64,000 nt of DNA from contig CDRNST010000067.1 of the NCBI GenBank assembly GCA_977016875.1, positions 5,022,001-5,086,000 on the forward strand, written 5' to 3'. The translations under genes and the position numbers were made by a program. Of this stretch, positions 38,398 to 49,149 are shown in pieces. How positions within the stretch are numbered: position 1 is the first letter of the stretch; each line of letters begins with the position of its first letter. This stretch comes from Pavona decussata (lineage: Eukaryota). The notes under the pieces were generated by a model that saw only the letters and a program-made list of their open reading frames with translations, ran no database searches and was not told the origin of the DNA.

Positions 38398-38961
38398 GTT
38401 CTTAAAATCCTTTTCCTAGTGCCAAAAGTTTCCACTTCATGAATTTTTCAGAAGCGATGTTTTATGAAAATGATTTGACATCGGATTTCCATACAAACAC
38501 TGTTATTTCAAGCCTGTTTGCCTACCCGTCAAAATGGCGTCGAAAACCATGATAAGGCCTATTAGTAGCTGCGAAATTTTCAAAGACAAAGCACTCGATT
38601 AAGCAGTCCCAAAACAAAGTATTGTTTAAATATCGTAAAATTCTGAAATCAAGGCATTCAATCCAATAATAAGTCCTCCCGAACACACGGACAGTGTTAA
38701 CTGTTAGGTTGGTGTTTCAAGCTGTCTTTGATGTCAAGCCCAACCAATTTTGAAACACAATTTTCTCCAATAATTACCCACCTCACTAAAACAGGCGCTT
38801 GTCGAAAATAAGCCCACTCGTGTTCTGAATTGATGTTAGGTCGCTTAACAAGCATTACGTGGCTACAGAAAAGCATTTTAACACAAGAAATTGATAGGGG
38901 TAATAACAAGCATGTTAAATTGTTAATGATTGACATTTCTACGTCTTATTTACGATTTATT

Positions 38962-39023
38962 TAGGAGGGCTCCACTGAAAACCGCCTTGGCGAGTTGGAC
39001 CCCCTCATTAAATATTATTGTTG

Positions 39024-39093
<70 letters not shown>
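38962..39093 (+). repeat. LINE-type 3' hairpin followed by a (TTA)n microsatellite
   Basis: GAGGG-CTCCA...TGGA-CCCCCTC stem, then ~25 TTA/TTG units. Confidence 0.6.
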
Positions 39094-39094
<1 letters not shown>

Positions 39095-39426
39095 TGAAGA
39101 CTATTAATTATTTATTTCATCTTAAGAAAGATGTGGAATTAATGGAAAATATATGTTATTTATTGAAAATTAAATTAATGTCCAATTATCTATAAGCCTT
39201 CCTTGGGGCGTTGTTCAAATGCAAAATATTTCTTCAACTTCATTTGCAGTTGTTGCACAGGTCTAAAAATTTGTGTTGACTCGAATGTCTTGATACCCAA
39301 CGCAAGTCTGAACATACGTTGGTATTTCTAATCTTGTTGAGCGGCATTTCCATTTGATCATGGCTTGAGAAACGCTAAAAGCTCAAAATAGCAAGTAAAA
39401 TAGGTGATTTTTAACAACCTGTTACT

Positions 39427-39625
39427 TAGGAGAAGGACCCTCACAGTTATTTACGTAACTTAGGCAGTTGCGAAAAGAAAGCCTGAAAAAATTCAGGCTT
39501 GAACGGGATTCAAACCCATGACCCCTACGATAACAGTGAAGTGCTCTACCAACTAAGCTATCAAGTTGGCTTGGCAGCTCAGTTGGTAGAGCACTCCACC
39601 GGCATCGTAGAAGGCGAATCCCGTT
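39427..39625. mobile_element. Partial copy of the same tRNA-like inverted-repeat family
   Basis: AGGACCCTCACAGTTATTTACGTAACTTA..GGGATTCAAACCCATGACC..GTGCTCTACCAACTAAGCT, then the inverse AGCTCAGTTGGTAGAGCAC. Confidence 0.7.
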
Positions 39626-40322
39626 TGCACTGCAGAATTATTGGTTCACATAATGAGAACAACAATTACATGCATGGACCAAGAATTGTATGAATGTCGA
39701 GACGCTTGAAGGAGAGGTGGGCACAAGTTCATTACCCACCCTTCCACCCACAATAACCATGATCAATCTGTCCCTCATGCCGTGTGTACCCATATTTTCC
39801 GCCATCTTATAGTACGTCTGTTGTCGACCCAAAGTGCTTTTGCGTGTTAGCGGTCAAATTGAGTAAGCATGTGTCATGTTTCACGCGGTTTTTTCCTTCT
39901 ACGTTGAAGGTTTGCGAAAATTATTAAGTATACAGGAAACGGTAAGGTATTCCCAATAACACTCATTTAGTCCAGCTAACAGTAATGTCGGTGGCATTTA
40001 ATAAGCTGATCCCATCGAAAAAGAAGTTGCAATGAGAATTTTTTAACTTTTCACATTTCATATATTTATTCTAACTAGTCAATGATATACTTCTGATCAA
40101 CATCAAGAGAATAAAAAAGAATAAAAATAAGGGGTCACCATTCTTATACCTTTACTAGAGTGGTTTAAAGAAAGAAATAACCACTTTGCTGGCTTAAGGT
40201 AGTAGTATTTAAAAAAAAAAACCACCTAGCCTTAACAGAAAGGCAGCTGCCAAGACGTTATATTTAGTAATAGCACAACAATGCTGCAGTAAAATGTTAA
40301 AGAGTTTCTGGAAAAAAAGAAA

Positions 40323-40680
40323 TTAAGGACGGTGCCCCCTAGCTGATACACAGAAGTGTTTTTGCACAGTTTATGACTATGCGGAAAAGGCAAATCTTAG
40401 TATGGGCTACTGGAATCCAGAAAGAAAATTGGGGTAGCGGGAAATTTTTTGACAGATAATTAAGCAACAATTATTCTTAAAACCAGTAAAATATAAAGCA
40501 ATGTATGTTTTTTTTTTTTTTTTTTTTTTTTTTTGGTTTTGGTTTTGTTTTTTGTTTTTTTCAAATTTAAGCTCAAATTATCTCTGAAAAATTCATGGTT
40601 ACCCCCAATTTTCTTCTAAATAAGTTCTGCTTTCTCCGCATAGTTTTATTGTACCGCGCAAAAATATCTCTCTATTAGTG
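40323..40680. mobile_element. Decayed MITE (TTAAGG start)
   Basis: TTTTTGCACAG..ACTATGCGGAAAAGGCA vs TGCTTTCTCCGCATAGT..GCGCAAAAA; AAGAAAATTGGGGTA vs TACCCCCAATTTTCTT. Confidence 0.6.
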
Positions 40681-41989
40681 CCCATAGCAAACCCAAGTAT
40701 CTCGAATTGCGCAGAACATATACGCATTAGTGAGGCAAAATTTAAAAACATCGATAACTATTCAGAAATTTACAGAAAGACTCCCAAACTTCGTTGTGGT
40801 ATCTAACTTTATGAAGATTCTGGCTTCGAGCCTTAAAAATACTTGTCACGTGACCTGTTGTGATTTTTTGATTGAAAATGGGTCGCTGAGTATAATTTTG
40901 CGGAGTAACACCTCACCTTAAGGGTAAGATCCAATAGCAAGTAGCTATCATCCACTTGGGTATCAGTTAGTAAGTTGGCAAACCTTCGGATTCATTTATA
41001 ATGGATTCCGGGAAAATTACTTAGAGAGGTGCACGTGGTTTGACTAGATGGACGGAACTGGTTTAGGTTCTCATATGCACTGTTTTTACCATGATCTTAG
41101 GCATTAGCAGATTTGTAGGGTAAGTGTTTGATTTGCCTCACTCCTCCTTCTTGCATTTACGAGAACAAGTCGAACATTTATGTTTAGAGTGACAGCGACA
41201 TGTGCCAAGGGGCTTCAGTGTCGTGTTAGGAGTTTTCAGTTTTCCACGAATCAGAAGGCCACGAAAGTTAGCAGAACGACGATAAGCAGTAACGACAGGT
41301 GTGTCTTATTAAAGTTTTTTTAAGACGGGGGTGGAGAATGGGTTGATTTCTATGAAGTATTCTGTGAATATTGGGTAGAGCTGGATTATGACAATTGTTA
41401 TGAGTGATAATAAGTGAAACTCTGTCAGTTTTGTCACTCCATCACTTGTACATTATAATAGTTTGTCTTTCCTTGATCTTAATTTGGCCCTTTGAATTTT
41501 TTCTTTAACGAACGTTTTTTTACAGCCCTGTTTCGTTATAAGCAGTTTTTTTTAATTCTGTTAATAGACTTGATAGGTATTTCGTCAGTATGCATGTTGT
41601 CCATATTATCGTAGGTTAGCACTTATAAACACTGTCATGTATTTTTAGAGCCCTTACTATTTTCCTTATTGTAGCTCTGACCCTGAAGAGACCAGTTGTA
41701 CTGGTTAAAATATTGCCCCGATTAAAATTGTCCTTATCAGTTTGGTTTTAAGTGATGTGTTTTCCTCTACATTCAAAATGTGCGTAAACAAAATGTTTAC
41801 GCCGGCTGTGTGACGGGAAGCGCGGGTAGGGGATGAAAAGTGACTTCTTATCCGGTTTGTCTCTTCGCCTTGAATGCAACTTTCTGGCAGACAGACAGCC
41901 TTTATTCCAGGACGATTAAAAATTAAAGCTCTGCAGCTCGTGAGGTCGTGCAAAATAATAGGAATGAAAAATATATACACAGTAAAATC

Positions 41990-42735
41990 CTCACACCCTT
42001 GATCCTATTTTAAAAATCCCTGCCGTATATAATTAAAATCCAAACGTCAAAAATTGGCCGTTGTTACTGAAGTCTCCTTAAAAGTTAACTCCTTGAAGAT
42101 ATCGATCGAACGGATTTTCTTTGCCAGGTCCTTATAGTTCGTATCCGCGAAGTCCTTGTCCTGAGCAATGAAAGTATTCCACAGCATTGGGCCTCTAAAA
42201 GCGATGGCATTTTTACCATATAATTAGTGTTAAAGCGTGGCACTGTTAGCGTATCATGCGCTCACAAAGAATGCCCTGGGCCATGCTTTGTTGCGATAGT
42301 GTCGGATAATACCTGTGGGAGTCTGTTGTAAAATGCTTTATACACTATCTTTAACAGAGCTAACTTGTAATAGTAGCTCAAAGGATGCCAATTGGCATGT
42401 TCAGGACATCTGACGATCTCACATCCTTTGGTAAGTTAAAGATTATTCTTGCAGCCCTACAAAGCCAAGGAGTCGAAAAGATCGACATTTGAGCACGACC
42501 CCCAAAGAACAAGGCCGTACGTTACTGAAGGCAACATATAACTTTTTAAAAGTAAAAATTAATGAGAACTTCCTTTGGTAGAAACCTACAACTCTTAATT
42601 AGATCAAGTTTCCTAGCAAAACCCCTCTTGAGATCCAACATGTGCGGAGCCCAGGTGAGTTTATCAATATCATCAACTGTCGTGCCTAATAAACGAGATT
42701 TATTTACCCACTTTATGGTATCAGTCGGTAACATC
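41990..42735 (-). mobile_element. CR1/L2-group LINE ORF2 C-terminal fragment (second copy ~45315-46055)
   Basis: IKWVNKSRLLGTTVDD..LTWAPH..SVTYGLVLWG..AARIIFNLP..PRFNTNY..AFRGPMLWN. Confidence 0.8.
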
Positions 42736-43199
42736 CTTGTTTAGGGGCGGACCATTAAAAAATCACGGGAGGGGGGGGGGGGGGGTGACAATCTCCAAAA
42801 AAAAATTCCTGCAAAGGAAAATTGCCCCAAAAAAATTCCTGCAAGCAGTTCACCATCCCAAAACAATTCTTGCAAGCAAACTGAATTAAAGTACAATATT
42901 AAAACACAACGTCAAGTAGTTTTATTGCACATTTCAAGAATATAACCTGCTCTTCTTTCATTTTAACACATTTTACATGTATTAATGTTTTTAGAAGTGA
43001 CAGTGCAACCTGAACTTCTGCTCATTTATGGATTTCAAATGTGGAAAAAATATATAACAATTTTATTATAGCAAACCTCCAACAATCTTTCTTTTGAGTA
43101 GGAAATAGTATGGGGTGACAGGCCTGCACGACTTCTAACGAAGGAAACATTTTTTGAAGTGCAATCTCTCTATATTTTTACTGTGACAAGCACTTCATT

Positions 43200-43996
43200 G
43201 AGAGATTTTCCTTTTTTAAACGAAATTAATGGTGACTCTTTGAAGATTTCTCGTAGGAAAGGCTGGCTTTGTATTAAGTGTCATTTTCCCATTTAAACAT
43301 GTTTGACGTTGGGCACGATGGTTGATATTGTTACAAAAGGCAAAAATTTGTCTGGGGGTGTTGTCTTTTTGCTTCAATGCCGATTACTTTTCTATAAATT
43401 TGACATCTGATCATTTTTTTTAATCAAATTATTTGGGTAGCCTCTAACAAGGAGTCGTGGTTTAAACTTTTTAATATTTTTCTTAAATGTTGTTTTTGAG
43501 TAGCTTGTTCGTAGGAGTCTTAGGGATTCACCTTTAACAAATCCTTTTTTGACTCCTGGTGGGTGGCTAGAGGAAAAATGCGTGTATTGACAAAAGGTTT
43601 CAGTCGGCTTGGAATGCGTTTTTATGTCCAGTATGGGATGGTTGTAATGGATTGTCTTTGTATAAAACTTTATCCAGAAATGTAGTCTCAGCATTTGAGA
43701 TTTCAGCCTGAAATTTGATTGTTGGATTATATGAGTTTGCTTGTTCGATGCACCGTTCTATATCGTGTAAATTACTAGTGTCCCACAGCGGAAAGATATT
43801 GTCAATGTAACGTTTCCAAACTGTAAGTTTTACGGCCACGCTTTGGCTAACAATTTGTGATTCAATGTCGGCCATAAAAATGTTTGCAAAAGCAACGGCC
43901 GTTTCTGTGCCCATGGCAGTACCTTGGATTTGGAGGTAGTTCCTTCCGTTGAATTGGAAATAATTTTCGTTAGAATGAGTGTAAGCGTTTCTCTCA
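43200..43996 (-). mobile_element. Penelope-like RT fragment, copy 1
   Basis: GTAMGTETAVAFANIFMA..WKRYIDNIF..NPTIKFQAEIS..FLD..KPTETFCQYTHFSSSHPPGVKKGFVKGESLRLLRT. Confidence 0.88.
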
Positions 43997-44612
43997 CCTT
44001 ATGGGTAAGATCCAATAGCAAGTAGTTATCATCCACTTGGGTATCAGTTAGTAAGTTGGCAAACCTTCGGATTCATTTATAATGAATTCCGGGAAAATTA
44101 CTTAGAGAGGTGCACGTGGTTTGACTAGATGGACGGAACTGGTTTAGGTTCTCATATGTACTGTTTTTAACCATGATCTTAGGCATTAGCAGATTTGTAG
44201 GGTAAGTGTTTGATTTGCCTCACTCCTCCTTCTTGCATTCACGAGAACAAGTCGAACATTCATGTTTAGAGTGACAGCGACATGTGCCAAGGGGCTTCAG
44301 TGTCGTGTTAGGAGTTTTCAGTTTTCCACGAATCAGAAGGCCACGAAAGTTAGCAGAACGACGATAAGCAGTAACGACAGGTGTGTCTTATTAAAGTTTT
44401 TTTAAGACGGGGGTGGAGAATGGGTTGATTTCTATGAAGTATTCTGTGAATATTGGGTAGAGCTGTATTATGACAATTGTTATGAGTGATAATAAGTGAA
44501 ACTCTGTCAGTATTGTCACTCCATCACTTGTACATTATAATAGTTTGTCTTTCCTTGATCTTAATTTGGCCCTTTGAATTTTTTCTTTAACGAACGTTTC
44601 TTTACAGCCCTG

Positions 44613-44851
44613 GGCCCAGTTGTTCAAAGCCCGATTAAGCTAATCCTGGATTAACGTGAACTTTGAATCGAGTTTAATTACTAATCAATAAAGATTCTTC
44701 CAAAAGATTTTTGTCCCTCAGTTTTGACTTCGGCTTTTCTTTACATTTAGCTTGAAATTAGCCTTTAAAATCATTTTAAACGAGCAAGATGAAACCCTCG
44801 TTTAACTTTTAATCCTGGATTAGCGTTAATCGGCTTTCGAAAAACTGGGCC
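44613..44851. mobile_element. Harbinger-type MITE, CTG TSD
   Basis: GGCCCAGTT...AACTGGGCC, TSD CTG; empty site CAGCCCTGTTTCG in the other two segments (41524, 47935). Confidence 0.92.
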
Positions 44852-46065
44852 CTGTTTCGTTATAAGCAGTTTTTTTTAATTCTGTTAATAGACTTGATAG
44901 GTATTTCGTCAGTATGCATGTTGTCCATATTATCGTAGGTTAGCACTTATAAACACTGTCATGTATTTTTAGAGCCCTTACTATTTTCCTTATTGTAGCT
45001 CTGACCCTGAAGAGACCAGTTGTACTGGTTAAAATATTGCCCCGATTAAAATTGTCCTTATCAGTTTGGTTTTAAGTGATGTGTTTTCCTCTACATTCAA
45101 AATGTGCGTAAACAAAATGTTTACGCCGGCTGTGTGACGGGAAGCGCGGGTAGGGGATGAAAAGTGACTTCTTATCCGGTTTGTCTCTTCGCCTTGAATG
45201 CAACTTTCTGGAAGACAGACAGCCTTTATTCCAGGACGATTAAAAATTAAAGCTCTGCAGCTTGTGGGGTCGTGCAAAATAATAGGAATGAAAAATATAT
45301 ACACAGTAAAATCCTCACACCCTTGATCCTATTTTAAAAATCCCTGCCGTATATAATTAAAATCCAAACGTCAAAAATTGGCCGTTGTTACTGAAGTCTC
45401 CTTAAAAGTTAACTCCTTGAAGATATCGATCGAACGGATTTTCTTTGCCAGGTCCTTATAGTTCGTATCCGCGAAGTCCTTGTCCTGAGCAATGAAAGCA
45501 TTCCACAGCATTGGGCCTCTAAAAGCGATGGCATTTTTACCATATAATTAGTGTTAAAGCGTGGCACTGTTAGCGTATCATGCGCTCACAAAGAATGCCC
45601 TGGGCCATGCTTTGTTGCGATAGTGTCGGATAATACCTGTGGGAGTCTGTTGCAAAATGCTTTATACACTATCTTTAACAGAGCTAACTTGTAATAGTAG
45701 CTCAAAGGATGCCAATTGGCATGTTCAGGACATCTGACGATCTCACATCCTTTGGTAAGTTAAAGATTATCCTTGCAACCCTACAAAGCCAAGGAGTCGA
45801 AAAGATCGACATTTGAGCACGACCCCCAAAGAACAAGACCGTACGTTACTGAAGGCAACATAACTTTTTAAAAGTAAAAATTAATGAGAACTTCCTTTGG
45901 TAGAAACCTACAACTCTTAATTAGATCAAGTTTCCTAGCAAAACCCTTCTTGAGATCCAACATGTGCGGAGCCCAGGTGAGTTAATCAATATCATCAACT
46001 GTCGTGCCTAATAAACGAGATTTATTTACCCACTTTATGGTATCAGTCGGTAACATCCTTGTTTA

Positions 46066-48584
46066 GGGGCGGACCATTAAAAAATCACGGGAGGGGGGGG
46101 GGGTGACAATTTCCAAAAAAAAATTCCTGCAAAGGAAAATTGCCCCAAAAAAATTCCTGCAAGCAGTTCACCATCCCAAAACAATTCTTGCAAGCAAACT
46201 GAATTAAAGTACAATATTAAAACACAACGTCAAGTAGTTTTATTGCACATTTCAAGAATATAACCTGCTCTTCTTTCATTTTAACACATTTTACATGTAT
46301 TAATGTTTTTAGAAGTGACAGTGCAACCTGAACTTCTGCTCATTTATGGATTTCAAATGTGGAAAAAATATATAACGATTTTATTATAGCAAACTTCCAA
46401 CAATCTTTCTTTTGAGTAGGAAATAGTATGGGGTGACAGGCCTGCACGACTTCTAACAAAGGAAACATTTTTTGAAGTGTAATCTCTCTATATTTTTACT
46501 GTGACAAGCACTTCATTGAGAGATTTTCCTTTTTTAAACGAAATTAGTGGTGACTCTTTGAAGATTTCTCGTAGGAAAGGCTGGCTTTGTATTAAGTGTC
46601 ATTTTCCCATTTAAACATGTTTGACGTTGGGCACGATGGTTGATATTGTTACAAAAGGCAAAAATTTGTCTGGGGGTGTTGTCTTTTTGCTTCAATGCCG
46701 ATTACTTTTCTATAAATTTGACATCTGATCATTTTTTTTAATCAAATTATTTGGGTAGCCTCTAACAAGGAGTCGTGGTTTAAACTTTTTAATATTTTTC
46801 TTAAATGTTGTTTTTGAGTAGCTTGTTCGTAGGAGTCTTAGGGATTCACCTTTAACAAATCCTTTTTTGACTCCTGGTGGGTGGCTAGAGGAAAAATGCG
46901 TGTATTGACAAAAGGTTTCAGTCGGCTTGGAATGCGTTTTTATGTCCAGTATGGGATGGTTGTAATGGATTGTCTTTGTATAAAACTTTATCCAGAAATG
47001 TAGTCTCAGCATTTGAGATTTCAGCCTGAAATTTGATTGTTGGATTATATGAGTTTGCTTGTTCGATGCACCGTTCTATATCGTGTAAATTACTAGTGTC
47101 CCACAGCGGAAAGATATTGTCAATGTAACGTTTCCAAACTGTAAGTTTTACGGCCACGCTTTGGCTAACAATTTGTGATTCAATGTCGGCCATAAAAATG
47201 TTTGCAAAAGCAACGGCCGTTTCTGTGCCCATGGCAGTACCTTGGATTTGGAGGTAGTTCCTTCCGTTGAATTGGAAATAATTTTCGTTAGAATGAGTGT
47301 AAGCGTTTCTCTCACCTTATGGGTAAGATCCAATAGCAAGTAGTTATCATCCACTTGGGTATCAGTTAGTAAGTTGGCAAACCTTCGGATTCATTTATAA
47401 TGAATTCCGGGAAAATTACTTAGAGAGGTGCACGTGGTTTGACTAGATGGACGGAACTGGTTTAGGTTCTCATATGTACTGTTTTTAACCATGATCTTAG
47501 GCATTAGCAGATTTGTAGGGTAAGTGTTTGATTTGCCTCACTCCTCCTTCTTGCATTCACGAGAACAAGTCGAACATTCATGTTTAGAGTGACAGCGACA
47601 TGTGCCAAGGGGCTTCAGTGTCGTGTTAGGAGTTTTCAGTTTTCCACGAATCAGAAGGCCACGAAAGTTAGCAGAACGACGATAAGCAGTAAAGACAGGT
47701 GTGTCTTATTAAAGTTTTTTTAAGACGGTCCGCCCCTTAGGGGTGGAGAATGGGTTGATTTCTATGAAGTATTCTGTGAATATTGGGTAGAGCTGGATTA
47801 TGACAATTGTTATGAGTGATAATAAGTGAAACTATGTCTGTTTTGTCACTCCATCACTTGTACATTGTAATAGTTTGTCTTTCCTTGATCTTAATTTGGC
47901 CCTTTGAATTTTTTCTTTAACGAACGTTTTTTTACAGCCCTGTTTCGTTATGAGCAGTTTTTTTTTAATTCTGTTAATAGACTTGATAGGTATTTCGTCA
48001 ATATGCATGTTGTCAATATTATCGTAGGTTAGCACTTATAAACACTGTCATGTAAGCGTTTCTCTCAGGTAGGCAGGGTTGTTGCTGTGAAAATTATCGT
48101 ATGCTTTTTGAACTCTTTGAAGCACAATCGATCGGTCGATTGGACAAGACGTTTTTATCTTCGACCGAGAAAACAACACTGATTATACGTGTATTGCCTT
48201 GGAACTTCTCGCGCTTTTCGCTTTTGAGTTCAAAAGACCAACACGACGAAGCAGAATTTCCTTTACAAGTGAAAAAAAGACGCCTCGAGTCATGAGGTGC
48301 GATACCGTTTAGTAGCTCACTTCTTTCTCGATAATCGCGATACTCTAATTTCACCAATCGAAAGAGAGTGTCACCTTGAGCGGTACTGTAATTAAACTGT
48401 GCAGAGCTTTGTATGCCCTTAATATAAAAAGAAGTTCTGACAAAAAAAAATTCGAAAAAATTCGTGCAGAGCTTCCACGACGAAAAAAAAAATCATGCAG
48501 ACAAATTGGACTAAACGAAAAAAATTTTATTCACTGAAAAATTTTTCCCCCACCTTCCTCCCGTGATTTCTAATGGTCCACCCC
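46066..48584. mobile_element. Harbinger-like DNA transposon ends enclosing the Penelope fragments; extra left end at 42744
   Basis: Left GGGGCGGACCATTAAAAAATCACGGGAGG, right CCTCCCGTGATTTCTAATGGTCCACCCC; flanks TTA/TTG; subterminal AAAAAATTCCTGCA-type repeats. Confidence 0.7.
46520..48110 (-). mobile_element. Penelope-like RT fragment, copy 2, interrupted by a 736-bp Penelope linker/endonuclease segment
   Basis: Same RT motifs; RT frame resumes at 48051-48110 (KAYDNFHSNNPAYLRETL); insert 47315-48050 reads NPALPNIHRILHRNQPIL..AYRRSANFRGLLIRGKL..CRCHSKHECSTC. Confidence 0.8.
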
Positions 48585-49121
48585 TTGTCCACCCCAATAC
48601 TTCCTCGAGCACGTTCAGACGTTTGTCGTGATTGAGAAACCGTGACTTTTTGTATGTTTTGCTGAGAGAATCGAGAGAGAAAATCGGATGTCTGGCTTGT
48701 GGGGAATTGCATTATCTGTTGGTTTGCATGACCTCTATTGATTGGTTAACTGACTTATCGACCCATCAATTGGCAGAAACTTCAAGAACACTTTAACGAC
48801 AATTAAGGTGTACTAAGTCTGTGCTAAATTTGGCGGAGTGAAGTTGGGAGGTCTGGGAACCCCCCAAGGGCTGGTGGTTGAAATTCAACCATGCATTTAA
48901 TATCCTAGACGATAAGGAAAAAAGTTCTTTTCTTTATATCGCGTGTGTTGTTCGGATTATTGGAAGGTTGGAAGTAAGCAGATCACTAAAACTTTTTACT
49001 TGGCAGCTTGGAACCTTTGAAGTTTGCTCGGTTCTTACAAAGCACGGGAGGGGGCGAGGGCTGCTTTCGCGTTTAATACCTGTTAATACAGAGTCATCGT
49101 GACGTAGAATATCTATGGTTT

Positions 49122-49132
49122 CAAGATGGCGG
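49122..49132 (+). promoter_or_regulatory. YY1-type motif CAAGATGGCGG just upstream of the CIAO2A start
   Basis: Exact match to the CAAGATGGCGG core, 24 nt upstream of the coding ATG. Confidence 0.5.
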
Positions 49133-49149
49133 ATTTGTAGTAGCTATAA

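Larger units (their letters stand above)
40912..48067. repeat. Tandem segmental duplication (~3.1-3.3 kb, 2 copies plus a 0.74-kb third segment)
   Basis: Units start ~40912, 43993, 47311; duplicated ORFs 41705/45029, 43392/46710, 43600/46918. Confidence 0.95.

Noticed and set aside
39566-39625. Functional tRNA gene (also 51581-51655)
   Set aside because: No complete cloverleaf; embedded in a repeat family.
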